From assembly GCA_039801225.1 (NCBI GenBank), contig JBDRUH010000039.1, positions 1 to 14,376 of the forward strand: 14,376 nt of DNA, read 5' to 3'. Origin of the DNA: a candidate division WOR-3 bacterium (GTDB taxonomy: Bacteria; Hydrothermota; Tepidihabitantia; Tepidihabitantales; Tepidihabitantaceae). Of the stretch, positions 1-6,736 are shown in pieces (position 1 is the first letter of the stretch; every line of letters starts with the position of its first letter). The notes under the pieces are model-generated. The model had not been told where the DNA came from. It saw only the letters and a list, made by a program, of their open reading frames with translations, and did no database searches. The translations under genes were made by a program, and so were the position numbers.

Positions 1-9
1 CCCTTGAGT

Positions 10-1044
10 ATGAGAAGGCTGATTGATTACGCCTTCGCTGCCGGTTGTGCTGGCAAAGCCTGTCAAGAAGACCTGTTTGCGATTCTAAAGAAAATGCCCA
101 GATTCTATCATCGCAACCTTTTGGTCGGTGCTGAAACTTTTGATGATGCCGGTATTTACCGGCTGGATAACAGAAGGGCGCTGGTTTTAACGGTTGATGT
201 CTTGACACCAGTGGCTAATGACCCTTATGTATTCGGTCAGATTGCTGCGGCGAACTCGCTTTCTGATGTTTATGCGATGGGTGGTGAGCCGGTTGCGGCG
301 CTTTCGGTTCTTGGTTTGCCGGTTGATAAGATTGAGCATAAGACAATCCGAAACATTCTTAAAGGTGCCTGGGGAAAGGTGCAAGAGGCCGGTGCGGTTA
401 TTGCTGGTGGTCATACATTTAAGGACAGGGAAGTAAAGTTTGGTTTGGCGGTTGTCGGGTTGGTTCATCCCCGAAAGGTGATAACCAACGCCGGGGCAAA
501 GCCGGGTGACCGGTTAATCTTGACGAAACCATTAGGAACCGGGGTTATCACTACTGCCCTTAAAGCAAATCGGGCGCCGGAAAGAGCGGTAACCGAGGCA
601 AACCGGTTTATGGGTAAGTTGAACAATAGCGTCGCCCAAGCGATGAGCACGGTGGGCGTTGATGCGGCAACCGACATCACCGGTTTCGGGCTTTTGGGGC
701 ACGCCTGGGAGATGGCAAGGGCAAGTGGAGTTGAGATAGTGATTGAAGGGGCAAGGGTGCCTTTGATTGACGGGGTACAGGAACTTGCCGCTAAGGGTTA
801 TTTTCCGCTGGGCACATTGAATAATTATGAGTTCATAAAAAGCCGGGCAGATTTTCCGAAGGGTTTAAGTAAAGATATGCGGCTGGTTCTCTGCGATGCC
901 CAGACTTCGGGCGGGCTATTGATCGCGGTTCCGGTGAACCGGGAAAAGAAACTGCTTCAGTTATTACACAGGAACGGGGTAAGAGAGGCAAAGGAAATAG
1001 GTTATGTTCAGAAGGGAAGGGAAAGAGTAAAGGTGGTTATTTAA
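10..1044 (+). CDS. selD: Selenide, water dikinase (selenophosphate synthetase), Cys form
   Basis: N-terminal GCAGK motif (Cys = TGT, not TGA); DDAG, TVD..TPV..DPY.FG.IAAANSLSDVYAMGG, GGHT, TKPLGTG, TDITGFGLLGH and DAQTSGGLL motifs. ATG at 10 is preferred over the in-frame TTG at 4. Confidence 0.96.
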   Translation: MRRLIDYAFAAGCAGKACQEDLFAILKKMPRFYHRNLLVGAETFDDAGIYRLDNRRALVLTVDVLTPVANDPYVFGQIAAANSLSDVYAMGGEPVAALSVLGLPVDKIEHKTIRNILKGAWGKVQEAGAVIAGGHTFKDREVKFGLAVVGLVHPRKVITNAGAKPGDRLILTKPLGTGVITTALKANRAPERAVTEANRFMGKLNNSVAQAMSTVGVDAATDITGFGLLGHAWEMARASGVEIVIEGARVPLIDGVQELAAKGYFPLGTLNNYEFIKSRADFPKGLSKDMRLVLCDAQTSGGLLIAVPVNREKKLLQLLHRNGVREAKEIGYVQKGRERVKVVI

Positions 1045-2146
1045 TTTCCCTGTTGATTTCGGTAAGGAGTGCCTCTAAAAGCCTCTCTTCTTTACAGGTT
1101 TTGATAACCTTGCCGCGGGCGAATACCGCACCCTTTTTGCCACCCCAAGCGATGCCGAAGTCGGCTTCTCGTGCCTCACCCGGACCGTTCACAACGCACC
1201 CCATTACTGCAATCTTAAGTGGTTTGGCTATTCCCTTCAACGCCTTTTTGACTTTACGAACCAGTTTTTCCAAGTTGATTTGAGTTCTGCCGCACCCCGG
1301 GCAGGAGTAAACCATCGGGGCACGGAAACGGAGTCCCAGAGAGGCGAGAAGTTCATAGCCCGCAATGACCTCAAGGACCGGGTTACCGGTTAATGATATT
1401 CTTATCGTATCGCCGATTCCTTGGCGCAAAAGCGGGGTAAGGGCGGCAGTCGAGCGGATAACACCTTCAAACGGCGGACCGGCTTCGGTGAGCCCTAAGT
1501 GAATCGGGTAGGGATAGCGCCGGGAAAACTCCTCATTTACGGCGATTAAATCCTCAACCACCGTGGTCTTTGCTGAGAGAACCAGCGCCTTAAAGTTGAG
1601 TTTTTCAAACGGCACCAGGGCTTGAGCCATCGCTTCCAGCATTGCCGGAATTGTGGGATGGCGATGGGATTTAAGGATGGTTTTCGGAATTGAGCCGGAG
1701 TTAACACCAACCCGGATTGCCACTCCTTTGTCACTTGCTGCCTTAATAATCTCTGCCACCTTCCAGTTGGCACCGATGTTGCCCGGGTTAATTCTTATTT
1801 TGTCAAAACCGGCTTCAATCGCCTGAAGGGCAAAGCGGTAGTTGAAATGAATATCGGCGATAAGGGGGAGGCTGGTGCCCTGCCGGATTTCCTTTAAGGC
1901 ATCAGCCGCTTTTTCATCCGGCACAGCCAAGCGAATCAGTTCACAACCGGCGTTCGTTAGTTGACGAATCTGGCGCAAGGTGGCATTCACATCTTCGGTT
2001 CTGGTCTTGGTCATTGACTGGACCCGGACCGGCGCGCCACCACCAATCAATAAGTTGCCAACCAGGACCGGTAGCGAGCGGGGTTTTATTGGGGATTTTA
2101 GATTTCGGATTCTGGATTTTGAGGGTTGGGTTTTAGTAGGAGACAC
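1037..2146 (-). CDS. ispG: (E)-4-hydroxy-3-methylbut-2-enyl-diphosphate synthase (MEP pathway)
   Basis: VQSMT, PLIADIHF, KIRINPGNIG, IRVGVNSGS, HLGLTEAG and GIGDTIRISLT motifs; [4Fe-4S] ligands CPGCGR and GCVVNGPGE. Start placed at GTG 2146 (14-nt overlap with the end of murA); GTG 2161 is an alternative. Confidence 0.95.
   Translation of the reverse strand: MSPTKTQPSKSRIRNLKSPIKPRSLPVLVGNLLIGGGAPVRVQSMTKTRTEDVNATLRQIRQLTNAGCELIRLAVPDEKAADALKEIRQGTSLPLIADIHFNYRFALQAIEAGFDKIRINPGNIGANWKVAEIIKAASDKGVAIRVGVNSGSIPKTILKSHRHPTIPAMLEAMAQALVPFEKLNFKALVLSAKTTVVEDLIAVNEEFSRRYPYPIHLGLTEAGPPFEGVIRSTAALTPLLRQGIGDTIRISLTGNPVLEVIAGYELLASLGLRFRAPMVYSCPGCGRTQINLEKLVRKVKKALKGIAKPLKIAVMGCVVNGPGEAREADFGIAWGGKKGAVFARGKVIKTCKEERLLEALLTEINREIK
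2094..2135. repeat. Degenerate heptamer tandem repeat at the murA/ispG junction
   Basis: GATTTTA GATTTCG GATTCTG GATTTTG AGGGTTG GGTTTTA on +; encodes KTQPSKSRIRNLKS at the IspG N-terminus. Confidence 0.75.
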
Positions 2147-3416
2147 GTTTGATGTCGGCACCCAAACTGCGAAGTTTTTCTTCCAGCCTTTGGTAACCCC
2201 GGTCAAGATGGTAAATCCGCAGAATTTCGGTCTTGCCCCGGGCAGCAAGACCGGCAAGAACCAATGCCGCAGATGCCCGCAGGTCTGAAGCCATAACCTG
2301 GGCACCGGTCAGATGGTCGGTGCCGTGGATGATCGCCATATTGCCACTGATGTCAATAGAAGCGCCCATCCGGTTGAGTTCCAAGGCGTGAAGAAACCTG
2401 GACTCAAAGATGTTTTCCGTTACCACACTTGTTCCATTGGTTAGAGTTAAAAGGGCGGTGAACTGTGCCTGGAGGTCGGTGGGAAAGCCCGGGTAAGGTG
2501 CGGTGGTGATATTCACCGGTTCAGGGCGGCAGTTCATCTCCACCCAAAGGGAGTTGGTGTCGGTTTCTATTCGGGCACCAAGTTCGCGAAGTTTGGCAAT
2601 AACCGCAGTAAGGTGGTTGGGTTCACAACCGAGAATTTTTACACTTCCCTGGGTGATGGCGCCGGCTACCGCTAAGGTGCCGGCTTCAATCCGGTCCGGA
2701 ATTGGTGTATATGTGCAACCGGCGAGTTCTTTCACTCCCCGGATGCGAATTATCGGTGTTCCAGCACCTTTAATGCAAGCGCCCATTGAGGTAAGAAAAT
2801 TGGCGACATCAGTAACTTCTGGTTCGCAGGCGGCGCCCTCAATTACAGTTTCTCCTTGCGCTAAGGTGGCAGCCATCATTGTATTGATTGTGGCACCAAC
2901 GCTTGGACCCTTGTTGCCGGCAAGGAGTATGGTATTGCCTTTGAGACTCCGGGTTCGGGCGTGAATATAACCCTGTTTTAGGGTAACCCGGGCACCAAGG
3001 GCGTTAATACCTTTTAGATGGAGGTCAACCGGGCGGGGACCAATTGCGCAACCACCAGGCAGAGATACCTCACAAAAACCAAAACGGGCGAGGAGAGGAC
3101 CCAATACATAGTAACTTGCCCGCATCTTTCTGACGATATCATAGGGCGCCTTAGGAGTTAACTTGCCCCTAGCGGTTACCCTAACGATATTGCCCTGTTT
3201 TCCTTTGGGCGCTGGTTTCACCTCGCTCTTAACGCCGATTGATTTAAGTAGTTTCAGCATAGTATTCACATCGTCAAGAATCGGGACCTCCTTGATTTCA
3301 CAAGTGTCTTCGGTAAGCAAACAGGCGGCAAGGATGGGCAAAACGGCGTTTTTTGCCCGGGCGGTGGTGACAGTTCCCTTGAGTGTTTTACCACCGGAGA
3401 TTAAGAAGCGGTCCAT
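2133..3416 (-). CDS. murA: UDP-N-acetylglucosamine 1-carboxyvinyltransferase
   Basis: AKNAVLP, KMRASY, LPGGCAIGPRPVDLH (active-site Cys retained), SVGAT, PDRIEAGT, PYPGFPTDLQAQ, DLRA and HLDRGY motifs. Confidence 0.97.
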   Translation of the reverse strand: MDRFLISGGKTLKGTVTTARAKNAVLPILAACLLTEDTCEIKEVPILDDVNTMLKLLKSIGVKSEVKPAPKGKQGNIVRVTARGKLTPKAPYDIVRKMRASYYVLGPLLARFGFCEVSLPGGCAIGPRPVDLHLKGINALGARVTLKQGYIHARTRSLKGNTILLAGNKGPSVGATINTMMAATLAQGETVIEGAACEPEVTDVANFLTSMGACIKGAGTPIIRIRGVKELAGCTYTPIPDRIEAGTLAVAGAITQGSVKILGCEPNHLTAVIAKLRELGARIETDTNSLWVEMNCRPEPVNITTAPYPGFPTDLQAQFTALLTLTNGTSVVTENIFESRFLHALELNRMGASIDISGNMAIIHGTDHLTGAQVMASDLRASAALVLAGLAARGKTEILRIYHLDRGYQRLEEKLRSLGADIKRVSY

Positions 3417-3423
3417 AGATTTA

Positions 3424-3450
3424 AGTATATTACTGAGAAAGAAAAGTCAA
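3424..3450 (-). promoter_or_regulatory. Putative sigma70-type promoter of murA (likely leaderless)
   Basis: TTGACT (3450-3445), N15, TATACT (3429-3424), N7, ATG (3416); no SD sequence. The 15-nt spacer is short. Confidence 0.5.
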
Positions 3451-3542
3451 GGATTGGTATAAGTCAAATATATTGGCGAGATTTTCCCCAAGTATTTTAT
3501 TTATGTCCCGTTGCTTTGCGGAGCATCCCCAAGCCCAATGCA

Positions 3543-3585
3543 AGGGGATTGCTTCGCTAACGCTCGCAATGGCAGGGGGGCGCGC
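3543..3585. repeat. REP-like palindromic element, copy 1
   Basis: AGGGGATTGCTTCGCTAACGCTCGCAATGGCAGGGGG shares AGGGGATTG, TTCGC, CTCGCAATG and GCAGGGGG with 4221-4297. Its reverse complement resembles the GTCATTCCGAGC...GAAGCAA ends of 13706-13804. Confidence 0.75.
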
Positions 3586-3761
3586 AAAGGAAAGGATGGT
3601 AAAGGCTAAGTGTATTTATATATACACAAAATTCTGATGGTTGAAATTGATTAAGTGTCGTAATTAAAAAGACTTAACCCGAAGACAGGTTTTTCTTGGG
3701 GCTGTTCCCCCTACCACTACGGTGGTAGAACCATTTGTTGAATGGGTTTCAGGCTTATCGT

Positions 3762-4001
3762 TAAGTTTGATGGTAAAATCTGATTTAAGTTCAAAGGGAA
3801 AATCAAAAGAAGAGATAATTGTAAAAGGTGGTCTAAATAGGTTTTCTAAAATGGCTTTTCATTCAACGCTAAGTTCCGAATTAAAAAGAGGGTAAGAAAG
3901 TGGGGGAAGTTCTGGTTTAACAAGAAAGGTAAAAAACTAACTTCAACCGGTTTTAGCCACCAAAATAAAATTAAAGGCAACAGGAGAGTTAAAAATTGAG
4001 G
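3762..4001. repeat. Degenerate 12-nt-period AT-rich array (20 units)
   Basis: Cut into 12-mers from 3762, 11 of 20 units begin TAA and 14 of 20 have AA at positions 2-3. AAGTTY recurs in phase at 3763, 3787, 3871 and 3907. Confidence 0.7.
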
Positions 4002-4114
4002 TGGCAAATTTTCCCGACCTTATAAGAGATATACAAAATCAGAAACGGTCGGGAAATCAGGTTTTGGATTCAAGATTTTTTAGAGGCAATCCTTAAGGTT
4101 GTCGTTTTGCCACC
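4000..4114. other. Nested perfect inverted repeats (possible structured RNA or MITE remnant)
   Basis: GGTGGCAAA (4000-4008) / TTTGCCACC (4106-4114) enclose TTTCCCGACC (4010-4019) / GGTCGGGAAA (4047-4056) and a bulged hairpin at 4085-4103. Confidence 0.6.
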
Positions 4115-4118
4115 AGCC

Positions 4119-4220
4119 TTGTTAGTTTGTGGTTTGGAGTTAATACCCCTCGGCTCCGCTCGGGGCAAGGTTTTGGTTTCTCAACTAAGAATTTAGAACT
4201 AAAAGCCAACAATTAACAGC
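4119..4220. repeat. Heptamer fold-back with an internal REP-like insert
   Basis: TTGTTAG TTTGTGG TTTGGAG ... TAAGAAT TTAGAAC TAAAAGC CAACAAT TAACAGC form imperfect inverted arms. The loop contains CCCCTCGGCTCCGCTCGGGGCAAGG, similar to GGCTTCGCTCAGGGCAGG at 13770-13787. Confidence 0.55.
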
Positions 4221-4297
4221 AGGGGATTGGTTCGCCCCTTCGGGACTCGCAATGATAATGGGGTAGGGACTCGCAATGACGCAGGGGGTGCGGCGCA
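4221..4297. repeat. REP-like palindromic element, copy 2, with duplicated 3' end
   Basis: AGGGGATTGGTTCGCCCCTTCGGGACTCGCAATGA; GGGACTCGCAATGA is directly repeated at 4242-4255 and 4266-4279. Same orientation as copy 1. Confidence 0.75.
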
Positions 4298-4341
4298 TAA
4301 TTATGAGTGAAGTGTGCACAGGTAAAATTGAAGGGCAAATT

Positions 4342-4369
4342 TTGAGTTCAGTATTTTTAGTTTTATAAT
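4342..4369 (+). promoter_or_regulatory. Putative sigma70-type promoter of nfi
   Basis: TTGAGT (4342-4347), N16, TATAAT (4364-4369); ATG 16 nt downstream. Confidence 0.5.
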
Positions 4370-4385
4370 TTAAGTAAGATAAACA

Positions 4386-4997
4386 ATGGAAATGAAGACG
4401 GTTGCGGGTTGCGATGTTGCCTATGATGAGCGATATGCTTATGCGGTGTGGGTGGTTCTGTCATTTCCAGGATTAAAGGAGTTGGAGGTTAAGGAGGGTG
4501 AAGAGCCGATTAGAGCCGAGTATCGCAGCGGTTATCTTGCTGAGCGGGAACTGCCGCCACTCATTACCGTGTTCAAGAAACTCAAGAATAAACCGGATGT
4601 GGTTATTTGCGATGGAGCGGGGATTGCCCACCCGCGTCGGTTTGGTCTTGCCTGTGCCTTAGGTCGGGCAATAGATATTCCGACAATTGGTTGTGCCAAA
4701 AGCCGGTTTGTTGGAGAGGCGGTTGAGCCGGGAAAGATGCAGGGCAGTTATTCGCCCATCCGGATCGGTGCGGAGGTGGTCGGAGTGGTTTTAAGGACCA
4801 GAAGTAATGTTAAGCCAGTTTATGTCTCTCCGGGTTATTTAATCACTCTTGATGAGGCATGGCGGGTTGTGCTTGCCTGTTGCCAAAAGGTGCGAATACC
4901 GGAGCCAATCCGAATTGCCCACAGTTATGCATTAAGACTCCGGCATAAGCGTGTCCGGAGTTGTGATATAGAAGTCAATCAGTCGGGTATCGGTTAA
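4386..4997 (+). CDS. nfi: Endonuclease V (deoxyinosine 3' endonuclease), divergent and N-terminally short
   Basis: VAGCDVAY, GYLAERE.P, PDVVICDGAGIAHPRRFGLA, PTIGCAKS, VKPVYVSPG and RIPEPIRIAH are EndoV family motifs. Confidence 0.92.
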   Translation: MEMKTVAGCDVAYDERYAYAVWVVLSFPGLKELEVKEGEEPIRAEYRSGYLAERELPPLITVFKKLKNKPDVVICDGAGIAHPRRFGLACALGRAIDIPTIGCAKSRFVGEAVEPGKMQGSYSPIRIGAEVVGVVLRTRSNVKPVYVSPGYLITLDEAWRVVLACCQKVRIPEPIRIAHSYALRLRHKRVRSCDIEVNQSGIG

Positions 4998-5744
4998 ATT
5001 GTCCTGGTCGCGGATGGCAATCAGGCGGTGGGGGTCGGCAAGTTCATACACCAGGCGGAGTTTCCGGTCCCGGGAGGTGAGTTCAACCTCCCGGCAGAGG
5101 AACTCACCCAACGGGGTTTTAATAGTTTTTGTGCCGAGGACGGTAACTTCAACCCGGGTGGTGCGGAACTCCATAGGAAGAACCGCGGTGAGTTGGTAAG
5201 AGCGACCGGGTTCTAAGGGCAGGGCGCGTAACAATTGCTGAAGCATTTCTACCCCCCAGGTGTTTTCGTTGATGGGGAGGGTTTTTTTGTCAGTCCCTTC
5301 CACCACCTCTTTTTCCATCTCCACCCGGTCAGTATAGAACTCCGCCTTCACTTCTGATAGGGAAATTTCTGTGGCGACCATTCGGTAGGACCAGAGGGGT
5401 TTAAGACTGAACCGGCTGAGAGAGAAGACGGTGGAGTCAAGGAAGTAGTAGGGGACTGATTCAGAGCGGATGGAACTGGTTACTACTAAACTGGCAATAC
5501 CGTCTTCTTCATCAAAGTCTAAACTCACAATTCTTTGTAAAAGGAGTGAGTCGTTACGGACAACTTCGTATATTGAGGTCTCACCGTCCTGCCAGGCGGG
5601 CGGGGTCAGCGGCGCATTGCGTAATGGCTCTTTCTGCTGTGCTGGCTCGGGGACGCAGGCAAGCAAGCAAGCAAGCAAGCAGATGAGAGAGGGAAAAGGC
5701 GACGGGGGGATTTTAGATTTTAGATTTTGGGTTTTGGTTTTCAT
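4932..5744 (-). CDS. Putative lipoprotein, possibly DUF3108-like
   Basis: 270-aa ORF with an ATGA overlap to rluD; basic N-region, then LICLLACLLA-C lipobox. TIKTPLGEFLCREV resembles the DUF3108-like 'v.vPaG.f.c..v' motif (tentative). Confidence 0.7.
   Translation of the reverse strand: MKTKTQNLKSKIPPSPFPSLICLLACLLACVPEPAQQKEPLRNAPLTPPAWQDGETSIYEVVRNDSLLLQRIVSLDFDEEDGIASLVVTSSIRSESVPYYFLDSTVFSLSRFSLKPLWSYRMVATEISLSEVKAEFYTDRVEMEKEVVEGTDKKTLPINENTWGVEMLQQLLRALPLEPGRSYQLTAVLPMEFRTTRVEVTVLGTKTIKTPLGEFLCREVELTSRDRKLRLVYELADPHRLIAIRDQDNLTDTRLIDFYITTPDTLMPES
5655..5681. repeat. Tetranucleotide SSR (GCAA)5 in the lipoprotein signal peptide
   Basis: GCAG (GCAA)x5 GCA, with perfect units at 5659-5678; encodes CLLACLLAC on the minus strand. 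Confidence 0.9.
5709..5741. repeat. Heptamer tandem repeat at the rluD/lipoprotein junction
   Basis: GATTTTA GATTTTA GATTTTG GGTTTTG on +; encodes KTKTQNLKSKI. Confidence 0.8.
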
Positions 5745-6736
5745 ATCTCCCGGTGGGTGAGAAGTTCTTCAAGATAAAGGAGGAGGTTTTCCATATCAGG
5801 AGGGAGAGGTGAGTTGAACTCAATATAGCGGTTGGTTCGGGGATGGATAAAGCCCAATCTAGCGGCGTGAAGCGCCTGACGCTTCATTATCTTAAGAATG
5901 TGCTGGAATACTGGTAGATGCTCTCGCTGGGTGAGAACATTACTGTTACGACCACCATAATCCGGGTCACCAACCACGGGATGACCGATATGCTGGAGGT
6001 GGACACGAATTTGATGAGTTCTGCCAGTTTTGAGGCGGAGGCGGAGGTAGGTGCAGATGTTGTAACGGCGCAGGACTTCGTAATTGGTGATGGCGGTGCG
6101 GGCGGCAAATGGGGTTACCGCCATTTTTACTCGGTCAAGGGTATGCCGGCCAATTGGCGCATCAATTGTGCCTGATGAGAGTTCAAAGTCTCCCCAGGCA
6201 AATGCCAGATACTCCCGGACCACCGTGCGATGTTCAATCTGGGCGCCAAGACTGCGTAGCGCCTCATCGGTTTTGGCAAATACCAGTAGACCGGAGGTGT
6301 CTTTGTCCAGGCGGTGGACAACTCCGGGGCGGACCGGCGAGTCGGGGCGTAAAGGCAGGTTTTTGCAGTGATGTAACAGCCCATTGACCAGGGTATGGTT
6401 TCGGTTTCCCCTTGCCGGGTGAACCACCAGGTTGGTCGGTTTATCAATCACAATCACATCATTGTCTTCATAGGTGATGTTTAAATCCATCTTTTCCGGG
6501 ACAATGGTAATTTCCGGTTCATAATCAAATTCGGCAGATATTTTATCTCCAGGTTTTACCCGGTAACTGGGTTTTACCCGATTGCCGTTGACCAAAACTT
6601 TACCCGCCTCAATTAGGCTGGCAGCACGGCTGCGGGAGACACCTAAACCGGAAAGGACCAAATATACATCCAAGCGTTTTCCCTGAAGCCTTTGTGAGGC
6701 GATGCGGTGAAACTGTTTAATACACTCTACACTCAT
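5741..6736 (-). CDS. rluD: RluA-family 23S rRNA pseudouridine synthase with S4 domain (RluD-like)
   Basis: S4 domain (RLDVYL..SRS...I..G.VLVNG); YEDNDVIVIDKP, VVHP, catalytic RPGVVHRLDKDTSG, TGRTHQIRVH, GD..YG and RQALHA motifs. Confidence 0.93.
   Translation of the reverse strand: MSVECIKQFHRIASQRLQGKRLDVYLVLSGLGVSRSRAASLIEAGKVLVNGNRVKPSYRVKPGDKISAEFDYEPEITIVPEKMDLNITYEDNDVIVIDKPTNLVVHPARGNRNHTLVNGLLHHCKNLPLRPDSPVRPGVVHRLDKDTSGLLVFAKTDEALRSLGAQIEHRTVVREYLAFAWGDFELSSGTIDAPIGRHTLDRVKMAVTPFAARTAITNYEVLRRYNICTYLRLRLKTGRTHQIRVHLQHIGHPVVGDPDYGGRNSNVLTQREHLPVFQHILKIMKRQALHAARLGFIHPRTNRYIEFNSPLPPDMENLLLYLEELLTHREI

Noticed and set aside
46..48. Selenocysteine recoding in selD
   Set aside because: The codon is TGT (Cys) and the ORF has no in-frame TGA.
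2147..2305. N-terminal 53 aa of the ORF-track IspG
   Set aside because: It is an alternate-frame overlap deep inside murA with no IspG-like sequence; GTG 2146 or 2161 is more plausible.
3040..3060. Fosfomycin-resistant MurA variant
   Set aside because: The active-site loop reads GGCAIG, so the Cys is retained and there is no Cys-to-Asp change.
3668..3895. Stop-free frames on both strands across the hairpin/12-mer region
   Set aside because: They have no good start or SD and no recognisable motif. Openness is expected when TAA triplets are confined to one phase by the 12-nt period.
3762..4001. CRISPR array or integron cassette array
   Set aside because: There are no conserved 23-47 nt repeats with spacers, no convincing attC box structure, and no cas or intI genes.
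3417..4385. oriC in the large AT-rich gap
   Set aside because: I found no cluster of TTATNCACA DnaA boxes, and there are no dnaA/gidA/parAB neighbours.
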